Source: Microcoleaceae cyanobacterium MO_207.B10
GTDB taxonomy: Bacteria; Cyanobacteriota; Cyanobacteriia; Cyanobacteriales; Microcoleaceae
DNA length: 24,000 nucleotides
Assembly (NCBI GenBank): GCA_030064835.1
Contig: JASJEE010000048.1
Coordinates: forward strand, 2,293 to 26,292
Direction of reading: 5' to 3'
Shown here: positions 1-7,808 of the stretch, in pieces
Layout of the letters: every line of letters begins with the position of its first letter
How positions within the stretch are numbered: the first letter of the stretch is position 1
Position numbers and translations under genes: made by a program
The notes under the pieces: model-generated
The model's input: only the letters and a program-made list of their open reading frames with translations
The model's database searches: none
Told to the model about the DNA's origin: nothing

Positions 1-1
1 A

Positions 2-532
2 CGACCAGCAGTCCAAGAATGGATTGAAGCAAGAGGACTAACAGTGGAAGAATTTGTCAAGTCTATAGCCAGCAAAAGCGAAAATAACTTTATGTACTTA
101 AAGTATGTACTTGATGATATTGAGCAAGGCAACTATAGAGATATTAGCCTAGAAAGTTTACCTCAAGGTTTAGAGAAATATTACGATCAACACTGGCATC
201 GCATGAGAATGAATGTCAAACCGTTGCCTGTAACAAAACTCAAAATCATCTATTTCTTGACAAAAACACGCAAACCTGTTTCCTGTGGAATGTTAGCTAA
301 ATTTAGCGGAGAAATTTCCTTAATAGTGCAAGAAATTCTAGATGAATGGGCACAATTTCTCCGTATATATCAAACAGAAGGTAAACCTGTTTATAGCATT
401 TATCATGCTGCATTTCAAGATTTTCTCTATCGTAAAGATATTGTCCAAGAAGTAGAATCATTAATTGAAATTGAGGGAATGGAAAAACAGATTAAAAATA
501 ATCTATTAGGAATGGTTTACAAAAATTCTTAA
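2..532 (+). CDS. STAND-type (NACHT/AAA-like) NTPase, C-terminal winged-helix/helical part; 5' end lies outside the window
   Basis: The frame is open from base 2 (RPAVQEWIEARGLT precedes the GTG at 44). The sequence SENNFMYLKYVLDDIEQGNY...LPQGLEKYYDQHWHRM resembles the post-NTPase region I recall from cyanobacterial NTPase-WD40 proteins. It ends at TAA 530-532. Confidence 0.55.
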   Translation, partial: RPAVQEWIEARGLTVEEFVKSIASKSENNFMYLKYVLDDIEQGNYRDISLESLPQGLEKYYDQHWHRMRMNVKPLPVTKLKIIYFLTKTRKPVSCGMLAKFSGEISLIVQEILDEWAQFLRIYQTEGKPVYSIYHAAFQDFLYRKDIVQEVESLIEIEGMEKQIKNNLLGMVYKNS

Positions 533-580
533 CTAGTAATTTTGTCAAGTCTTTTCCGAAATTAGTTGAATTAATATATA

Positions 581-2791
581 TTGAATCCTGAAAAATTATT
601 TTTAGCGAAGGAAATTGAAATGGGTGAGTTTAGAGAAAATTTAGCTCAAATGCCCCTAGAAGATCAACGCTATCTTTTAGAAACTTTACCAGGTTTTCTA
701 GTAAGTGAATCTGATACAGAACAACTGCATCGCTTGCTCACAGATTTTGATTTTATCGAATCAAGACTATATTTATTCGGCATAGAATCTCTACTGAATG
801 ATTATGAAGAAGCGATGCAATCCAATGTATGGGCATCAAATGAAAAACTAAAAACCCTAAAATTAATTCAAGGTGCAATTGAACTATCATCTCATATCCT
901 GGTAGAAGATAAAACGCAACTAGCAGGACAACTGTGGGGACGATTAATATCCTTTGAAGTACCAGGAATGCAGAAAATGCTACAACAAGCAAAATCCTGG
1001 AAACTCGCCCCTTGGTTAAGACCGATAGCACCAAGTCTCACGCCTCCTGGAGGTAGATTATTACGCACCTTTATCGGTCACACAGGATGGGTAAATGCAG
1101 TAGCAGTTACCTCAGAAGGACTAGTAATTTCTGGCTCATCTGACAATACTCTCAAAGTCTGGAGCCTAGAAACGGGAAAAGAAATTGGTACAATTACTGG
1201 TCACACAGGTAGAATTAGAGCGATAGCTTTACTAAATGACAAATGGGTAATTTCTGGCTCCGATGACTTCAGCATCAAAGTTTGGGACTTAGAAACAACA
1301 GAAGAACTATTCACCCTCACAGGTCATACAAGAGGGGTCAGAGCAGTTGCAGCACTTCCCGATGGCAGAGTAATTTCTGGTTCCTCAGATAATACAATTA
1401 AAGTCTGGAACCTGGAAACACAAACAGCAGAAATCACTCTTACTGGCCATAAAGGTTGGGTAAATGCGATTGCAGTATTGCCCGATGGTAAAATTATCTC
1501 TGGTTCCTCAGATAACACTCTCAAAATTTGGGATCTGGAGACAGCAGCAGAATTATTTACACTCCAGGGTCATACAGGTGGAGTGAGAACCGTGACTACA
1601 CTTCCAGAAGGACAAGTTATCTCAGGCTCATCTGACAACACTATTAAAATCTGGCATCTTAAAACCAAGGAAGCCTTTTTCACATTCAAAGGTCACACAA
1701 AAGGAATCAATGCTGTAGCAGTCACCCCAGATGGTAAGCGAATGATTTCCGGCGCTTCCGATAATAATCTCAAAGTCTGGAGTCTGCAAACAGGAGAAGA
1801 ACTATTTCCTCTTAAAGGTCATACAGACTCAGTATATGCAGTGGCAGTTCTCCCAGATGGGCGTTTAATTTCTGGCTCAGATGATTTTACTCTCAAAGTT
1901 TGGAGTCTTGACACTTCCGAAGAACTGCCACCCCTCATCGGTCATACTAACAGAGTGAATGCTGTTACAGTGCTGCCAGACCAACAATTAGTCTCAGCAT
2001 CTTGGGATAATACGATCAAAGTTTGGAATTTGGAAACAACAAAATTAGTACATACTCTCAAAGGTCACACCGATAGAGTTAATTCTGTCGCAGTCTTACC
2101 AGGTAATCGCATTATTTCAGCTTCAGATGATAATAAGCTTAAATTTTGGAGTCTGGAAACAGCAAGGGAATTATTTACCATAGAAGGTAACACCAGATGT
2201 GTGTTTTCTGTAGCAGTAACGCCAGATGGTAAGCAAGTTATTGCTTGCTTGTCCGATCAAACCCTCAAAGTCTGGAATTTAGAAACATTAGGGGAAGTTT
2301 ATACTCTTGCAGGTCATACTGACTGGGTAAGTGCAGTGGCAGTAACGCCAGACGGTAAACGAGTAATTTCTGGTTCTTTCGATAAAACTATTAAAATCTG
2401 GAATTTAGAAACTGCTGAGGAAATTTCTACTCTTGTTGGTCATACTGGATGGGTAAAAGCTTTAGCTGTGATGCCAGATGGGAAACGAGTGATTTCTGGT
2501 TCTTTTGACAAAACTATTAAAGTTTGGTGTTTGTCAACTGGAGAAGAACTATTTAGCTTGAGTGGGCATAATGACTGGGTAAGTTCCATAGTAGTTACAC
2601 CAGATGGCAAGAAGGTGATTTCTGCATCTGATGATAATACCCTGAAAGTGTGGGACTTAGAAACTCGGCAGGTAATTGCCAATTTTACCGGAGAGAGTTC
2701 CTTAGAATGTTGTGCTGTTGCAGCAAACGGGGTAACAATTATTGCAGGTGAAGCGTCGGGGCGGGTGCATTTTTTGAAATTAGAGCCTTAG
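581..2791 (+). CDS. WD40-repeat protein with 14 repeats (enough for two 7-bladed propellers), preceded by a ~160-aa helical linker
   Basis: There are fourteen GH(T/K/N)xxVxAVAVxPDG...SGSxDxTxKVW units. The N-terminal LLTDFDFIESRL region is typical of the linker between NTPase and WD40 in STAND proteins. The start is uncertain (TTG 581 or in-frame ATG 620). Confidence 0.9.
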   Translation: MNPEKLFLAKEIEMGEFRENLAQMPLEDQRYLLETLPGFLVSESDTEQLHRLLTDFDFIESRLYLFGIESLLNDYEEAMQSNVWASNEKLKTLKLIQGAIELSSHILVEDKTQLAGQLWGRLISFEVPGMQKMLQQAKSWKLAPWLRPIAPSLTPPGGRLLRTFIGHTGWVNAVAVTSEGLVISGSSDNTLKVWSLETGKEIGTITGHTGRIRAIALLNDKWVISGSDDFSIKVWDLETTEELFTLTGHTRGVRAVAALPDGRVISGSSDNTIKVWNLETQTAEITLTGHKGWVNAIAVLPDGKIISGSSDNTLKIWDLETAAELFTLQGHTGGVRTVTTLPEGQVISGSSDNTIKIWHLKTKEAFFTFKGHTKGINAVAVTPDGKRMISGASDNNLKVWSLQTGEELFPLKGHTDSVYAVAVLPDGRLISGSDDFTLKVWSLDTSEELPPLIGHTNRVNAVTVLPDQQLVSASWDNTIKVWNLETTKLVHTLKGHTDRVNSVAVLPGNRIISASDDNKLKFWSLETARELFTIEGNTRCVFSVAVTPDGKQVIACLSDQTLKVWNLETLGEVYTLAGHTDWVSAVAVTPDGKRVISGSFDKTIKIWNLETAEEISTLVGHTGWVKALAVMPDGKRVISGSFDKTIKVWCLSTGEELFSLSGHNDWVSSIVVTPDGKKVISASDDNTLKVWDLETRQVIANFTGESSLECCAVAANGVTIIAGEASGRVHFLKLEP
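1055..2788 (+). repeat. Tandem ~126-bp coding repeats (42-aa WD40 units), 14 copies
   Basis: The GHT...WD pattern recurs every 126 bp; for example GGT of GHT sits at 2312 and 2438. Confidence 0.85.
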
Positions 2792-2947
2792 CACATTTCA
2801 TAATCATAGTCTAATATAAGCAGAAAAAACTACTTATACTAAATAACTATTAGCATTTCTTGATTACAAATATTAAGAATTAAGATAGCTAATTGTTACT
2901 TTTTTGTTGTATGCATATCTCCTCTATTTGATCAATACGGAGAGTTT

Positions 2948-3076
2948 AATTCGGTATAAAAAATGTTCCATAATCAGCGATCGCTAAATCTTTCTTTATC
3001 TCCCCACCCTTCCCACACTTCCCACTATTCACACACTCTCTATCTAATTACACCAATGCTACCGGATTTGGTATAA
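2948..3076. repeat. MITE-like small dispersed element, copy 1
   Basis: It begins AATTCGGTATAAAAAATGT and ends CAATGCTACCGGATTTGGTATA, so the ends are imperfect inverted repeats (AATTCGGTA / TACCGGATT). The core is C/T-rich short direct repeats plus a HIP1 site. Its ends are shared with 5397-5528. Confidence 0.45.
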
Positions 3077-3128
3077 CACCTTCTTCAATTATGGTAAAAT
3101 CCTTCTTATATCTATAAATAATAGGATT

Positions 3129-4007
3129 ATGGCTAGTAGATTTTCATTGCCTCGTTTTTTCCGTATTTCTGGTAAACCTACCATTTCTATGCAGATGATG
3201 TGGGCTGGTTTAGCAATTACAATTATGTTTATATTAATTGCAGTTTTATCTCCTGTTTTAGAAAATTTAGGATTGCTCCAAGACCCACAAGAATTTCTCA
3301 GTAACCCCATTCATCAACCACCATCTTTTGAATATTGGTTTGGTACAAGTCGTCAAGGTTATGATGTATTTTCCCGAACATTATTCGGCGCACAAGTTGC
3401 TTTTCAAGTTGTGATTTTAGCAACTGCATTGAGTTTAATTATTGGTGTTCCTTTAGGAATGGTTAGTGGTTATCTTGGCGGTAGACTTGATAAAATTTTA
3501 ATATTTTTTATGGATACTGTTTATACTTTGCCTGGATTATTACTTTCTATTACTTTAGCTTTTGTTGTTGGTAAGGGAATATTTAATGCAGCGATCGCTT
3601 TGAGTATTGCTTATATTCCACAGTATTATCGAGTAGTTCGTAATCATACAGTTAGCGTGAAAACTGAATTATTTATTGAAGCTGCAAGGGCGATGGGTGC
3701 TAATACTTGGACAGTGTTAACTCGTTATTTATTTATGAATGTGATTCAGACTGTACCTGTGTTATTTACTCTGAATGCTGCTGATGCGGTTTTAGTATTA
3801 GGTGGATTAGGATTTTTGGGTTTAGGATTACCTCCAGAAACTGCCGAATGGGGGCATGATTTAAGATTAGCATTAGACGCTTTACCAACAGGTATTTGGT
3901 GGACTGCTTTTTTCCCTGGTTGTGCTTTAACTTTAATGGTAGTTGGGCTATCTTTATTAGGGGAAGGATTGAATGAGTTTGTTAATCCTAAGTTGAGAAA
4001 TCAATGA
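3129..4007 (+). CDS. ABC transporter permease, oligopeptide/dipeptide (OppC/DppC) family
   Basis: It has multiple TM segments and the EAA loop IEAARAMGANTWTVLTRYLFMNV. FGTSRQGYDVFSR is an N-terminal motif typical of OppC/DppC. No partner ABC genes are adjacent. Confidence 0.85.
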   Translation: MASRFSLPRFFRISGKPTISMQMMWAGLAITIMFILIAVLSPVLENLGLLQDPQEFLSNPIHQPPSFEYWFGTSRQGYDVFSRTLFGAQVAFQVVILATALSLIIGVPLGMVSGYLGGRLDKILIFFMDTVYTLPGLLLSITLAFVVGKGIFNAAIALSIAYIPQYYRVVRNHTVSVKTELFIEAARAMGANTWTVLTRYLFMNVIQTVPVLFTLNAADAVLVLGGLGFLGLGLPPETAEWGHDLRLALDALPTGIWWTAFFPGCALTLMVVGLSLLGEGLNEFVNPKLRNQ

Positions 4008-4034
4008 ATAGGAAATAGCGAATAAGTTATGATT

Positions 4035-4268
4035 TTAGGATGTTATACCAATTTGAAAAAAGAATGTTACGAATAGTTGATCCAACGAAGATATTTGAAG
4101 AAAGTATTGCAGGTTAGATTGCTGCATATACAATAAAAGACACTCTCTATGAGCTACTTCTAATTTTTGCGCTTTAATTTCTACCAGCAAGATAGTTTTA
4201 CCATCTCTATCTTTAGCAAGAAGATTGACCTGGTGATGGGTATTGTTTAATTCATTTGTTAATTCCAT
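4035..4268 (-). CDS. Hypothetical small protein (77 aa); may be a gene fragment
   Basis: This rests on the ORF only. DGKTILLVEIKA is a D...E-x-K-like string reminiscent of PD-(D/E)xK folds, but I cannot assign a family. The C-terminal third looks like noise. Confidence 0.3.
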   Translation of the reverse strand: MELTNELNNTHHQVNLLAKDRDGKTILLVEIKAQKLEVAHRECLLLYMQQSNLQYFLQISSLDQLFVTFFFQIGITS

Positions 4269-4406
4269 AATCCGATAATTTTATTATTTAAAATTAACTA
4301 TAGCAATCCTAAATAGAACGTAACAGATATTATAGTAATAATAATATTCCACCTAATACCTTGAATCAGCAATATAAGAAGATTTTTTGAAAATAGTATA
4401 AAATAA

Positions 4407-5303
4407 TTACCATCTACCAAAACCTCCCCAAATAGCACCCGAAATCATCCCCCAAATTGACCCAATACCTGCCCCAACAATTACTCCCCTAACTACAGTA
4501 ACTTGAGCATTTATCCCTAATTTTAAAAGCAAATCATCACCAATAGTTACAGCTACAATAGAACTAATAACTGCACCAGCGATCGCTATCAAAAAACAGC
4601 CCCAAATTGCCCCAACAATTGCACCTCTGCTACCAATTAATTCTAATGCTAAAGGTAAAGGAGGTGCCATAATTAATCCACCCAAAATAATGCCAGATAT
4701 TGCCCCACCAATCGCACCATTACCAGCACCAAATATTGCAGCAGCCATAAATAATTGAGGTAACTTACTCGCAGTAATCTCTACATTTGCTTGGCTCCAA
4801 AATAACAAACCAATTGTTACAACTATACCCACAATAGTGCCTAAAAATGCTCCCCAAACTGCCCCTAAAATTGCTCCTTGCTTACCCCAAATTCTCGTTC
4901 CTCCTAAAATCATTGGTGGTTTAAACAAACTCCAAACTAAACCAAAAATTGCACCTAGAAATATTCCTGATATATATGCCCTGCCAAAATTAGCATCCCG
5001 ATTCAATACTGCTAAAATAAATCCTCCTACTGCACCCCCCAGGAAAAAGCCGCCAATAATTCCAGCTATTATATAATTTCTACTAGATTCATCTTGTCTT
5101 CCTATTAAAGATTTCCAAATCAAACTCATAATGGTACACCACAAAATCCCCATTAATAATGCACTGATAATAGTTCTTAAACTTTGATTAATACCGATTA
5201 ATACACCAGCCAGGGCACCCATAAATAAAAGACCCCAAACCGTACCACCAATCATCCCCCAAATTGCCTTTTTGAAATAATTTTGATTGTTTGTTTCATT
5301 CAT
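4407..5303 (-). CDS. Polytopic glycine-zipper membrane protein with internal repeats
   Basis: The 298-aa product is dominated by GxxxG/AxxxG strings (AIWGMIGGTVWG, GAILGAVWGAFLGTIVG, GAIVGAIWGCFLIAIAG, GSIWGMISGAIWGG). It has about four related hydrophobic modules. The strong purine/pyrimidine strand asymmetry explains the antisense shadow ORF. Confidence 0.75.
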   Translation of the reverse strand: MNETNNQNYFKKAIWGMIGGTVWGLLFMGALAGVLIGINQSLRTIISALLMGILWCTIMSLIWKSLIGRQDESSRNYIIAGIIGGFFLGGAVGGFILAVLNRDANFGRAYISGIFLGAIFGLVWSLFKPPMILGGTRIWGKQGAILGAVWGAFLGTIVGIVVTIGLLFWSQANVEITASKLPQLFMAAAIFGAGNGAIGGAISGIILGGLIMAPPLPLALELIGSRGAIVGAIWGCFLIAIAGAVISSIVAVTIGDDLLLKLGINAQVTVVRGVIVGAGIGSIWGMISGAIWGGFGRW

Positions 5304-5396
5304 AATTGTTCTGAGATTACTTTAACTAAAAAAAAATATTAGCAATTATAAAAAATTTGATAATAATTAGGAAATTGAATAAAAGAAAATCCCTTG

Positions 5397-5528
5397 AATT
5401 CGGTATCAAAAAATGTCAGATAGCCAAGACCCGAAAATCTTTCTAATTAGCAAATATCTTCTCCTACTGACCACTGACTCCTGACTACTAACTGCTAGCG
5501 AACTATATCAATCCTACCAGATTTGATC
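5397..5528. repeat. MITE-like small dispersed element, copy 2
   Basis: It begins AATTCGGTATCAAAAAATGT, contains AAATCTTTCT, and ends CAATCCTACCAGATTTGATCTA. The core is the heptamer-like run CTGACCA CTGACTC CTGACTA CTAACTG. Confidence 0.45.
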
Positions 5529-6072
5529 TAAGAGCTTTGTTGATGAATCTCCTTCCCCTAGCAACTATCACAGCAAAAAAAATCAGATTTGATAATTTAT
5601 CATTTCTAATCTCAAATTAATTAATTAGCTAGATTCTACATGATGAAGCCTCTACACTAGAAACTCAGGATTATCCACAAAAATTTGCTATAAATTATAG
5701 ACAAAACTTATAGGATTATTGTATGATACCTCTCAAGTTACTATCAAATTACAAATTTAGGGCCTTTTTATATTAATTCCATTAATATCTGGCCATTCAT
5801 ATTTTTAGGTAACTTATCTTTTGACTCAAAATGATATCTCCTGTCAAGTCTTTATAATTAGTTTTCTAATTATTAACTGCTAACAACCCTATCTATAGCA
5901 TTTCTTAGGAAGCGTAAAGTACAATTGTTTTTTTTATTTCTTCCCTATTCCCTGTTCCCTAAAATCTAGAATTTTCTATTTCACACTTTTTGGTAATTTT
6001 TATAGATATTTCTAATAATTATCAACAACAATTATTCACAATAAATTCAGGCAAAATACCTAACTAATTTAC

Positions 6073-6621
6073 ATGAAAATTAATCAAGAATCACCCGATA
6101 TTCTCAAACAACGTCTACTATATCAAGGCAGAAAATTTAGCTTTGATGTTAACCATCTACGTCTACCTAATGGGGTGGAAGGCGACTGGGAATGTATTCG
6201 TCATCCCGGTGGTGCTTTGTGTATTCCTGTTACTTCCGATGGCAAATTAGTATTAGTAAAACAATATAGATTTGCCATTTCAGGTCGAATTTTAGAATTT
6301 CCAGCAGGTACTATCGAAGAAAATGAAAATCCTGCCGATACTGTGAAACGAGAAATAGAAGAAGAAACAGGTTATAGGGCTCATAAATGGCGAAATTTAG
6401 GTGAATTTCCTCTTGCTCCTGGATATTCAGATGAATTTATTTATGCTTTTTTGGCAGAAGATTTAGAAAAGTTAGAAACTCCTCCCGCACAGGATATTGA
6501 TGAAGATATGGAAACTGTTTTAATGACACCCCAAGAATTAGAAAAAGCTATTCTAGATGGGGAGCCTATTGATGCTAAATCGATCTGTAGTTTGTTTCTT
6601 GCTAAACCATTTTTAAAATAA
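6073..6621 (+). CDS. NUDIX hydrolase (ADP-ribose pyrophosphatase-like)
   Basis: It has a perfect Nudix box, GTIEENENPADTVKREIEEETGY (G-x5-E-x7-REUxEExGU). Confidence 0.9.
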   Translation: MKINQESPDILKQRLLYQGRKFSFDVNHLRLPNGVEGDWECIRHPGGALCIPVTSDGKLVLVKQYRFAISGRILEFPAGTIEENENPADTVKREIEEETGYRAHKWRNLGEFPLAPGYSDEFIYAFLAEDLEKLETPPAQDIDEDMETVLMTPQELEKAILDGEPIDAKSICSLFLAKPFLK

Positions 6622-6670
6622 GATTTTGAGAAAATAAGATTGTTACCTGAATTTCAAGTATTAGTAAATT

Positions 6671-7797
6671 TTATTCAGTTTTCAAAGGTATTGATTGAAT
6701 TACTTTTTTAATCTGTGTAAGTTGAAAATAATTCACTAAACAAGTTAATTTCTCAGCCAATGAAAAATTTGCTTCTGGTATTTCAGCAATTAACTCTAAA
6801 ATCAACTCATCATTTAAAGCCTTACTAGCATAATGCAATTTCTCTAGCCATTCTGGAGACATCACAGTTAAATCTGCTGGAGTTAAACTTGCTAATTCTG
6901 ACTGATTTTCAGTTAAATTTTCAGTTTCTTCTTCATAAATATATTCCACACCTAAATGTTTTTCTATAGCTCCAAAAATCTCAGATTCTCGAAATTGCTT
7001 TCCGATAAAATCATCACATCCTGCTGATAATACTACTGCCTTTTCTTCCTCTAATACACTATCTGTTACAGCAATAATAGCAGTAGCATTTCCTTTCACT
7101 ATAGTTTTAATATACTGAGTAGCTTCATAACCATCCATTATGGGTATTCTCATATCCATAAAAATTAAATGGGGTGGCCATATTTCCCATTTTTCTATTG
7201 CTTCTTGATCATTATTAGCTTCTTGCAGTTCAAAGCCTAGAGGTTGTAACAGTTTAATTAAAAATAAACGATTTTGATAACAGTCATCAACAATTAATAT
7301 TTTATAACCAGGTTGACCTGGTTTTAAGGCGATGGCATGACGAAGAGTTGGTTTGGTTTTCACATCAGCAGAATTAACAATAGTAGGTGTAATATAAAAA
7401 GTCAAAGTTGCACATTTTCCTACTTCGCTTGTAACAGTAATATCCCCACCCATTAACTGCACAAATTTACGACTAATAGGTAATCCCAAACCTGTACCTT
7501 CTTGACTTTGTTTACCAATTTATGACTAGGAGAAAAACTCCCCCCTTCGGATGTAAATTTTATCCCGTTATTAATTAGATTGATTAAAACCTGACGCAGT
7601 TTTGTTTCATCAGTAGAAATATATTGAGGAATATTTTCATCCCGTTCGATTAATAGCTTTAATCCTTTGTTTTTTGCTTTGAGATGCAATAAATCTTCAA
7701 CTGTATCTAATAATGAGTAGAGGTCAAAATTACTAAGATTAAGAGTTATTTTCCCAGCTTCGATTTTGGATAAGTCTAAAATATTAACAATTAATAA
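6671..7797 (-). pseudogene. Hybrid sensor histidine kinase remnant: 5'-truncated, internally deleted and frameshifted
   Basis: Reverse translation from ~7790 gives (V)NILDLSKIEAGKITLNLSNFDLYSLLDTVEDLLHLKAKNKGL (end of the DHp domain), then the N-box DETKLRQVLINLINNGIKFTSEGG. A frame change near 7520-7550 follows. The second frame resumes at QSQEGTGLGLPISRKFVQLMGGDI (G2 box), then a full receiver domain (ILIVDD...FMDMRIPIMDG...) and a C-terminal helical tail. No H-box or sensor region is present, and the G1/F boxes are missing. Confidence 0.8.
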
Positions 7798-7808
7798 TTA
7801 ATTATTAA

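Noticed and set aside
44-46. GTG at 44 as the true start of the first ORF
   Set aside because: The frame is open back to the window edge, and the upstream residues read as normal protein. The gene almost certainly starts outside the window.
530-583. Single-stop readthrough joining the NTPase and WD40 ORFs (they share a frame)
   Set aside because: Three stop codons (TAA, TAG, TAA) lie in the 48-nt gap, so simple readthrough or a single nonsense mutation cannot explain the split.
753-2682. ORFs antisense to the WD40 gene (753-1034, 1324-1524, 2440-2682)
   Set aside because: These are shadow frames of a strongly supported repeat-coding gene. Their products are low-complexity mirror images of the repeats with no motifs.
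1055-2788. Periodic repeats as a possible CRISPR array (also considered for the heptamer and pentamer tracts)
   Set aside because: The 126-bp periodicity is protein-coding WD40 with no repeat-spacer structure. The 5- and 7-nt tracts are simple tandem repeats without spacers. No cas genes are present.
3089-3310. Minus-strand 73-aa ORF overlapping the permease start
   Set aside because: It overlaps a confident permease CDS and AT-rich upstream DNA, and has no motif support.
4837-5076. 79-aa Pro/Lys-rich ORF on the plus strand
   Set aside because: It is antisense to the glycine-zipper gene. GGN/GCN codons read backwards give the Pro/Ala-rich string, so it is a compositional artefact.
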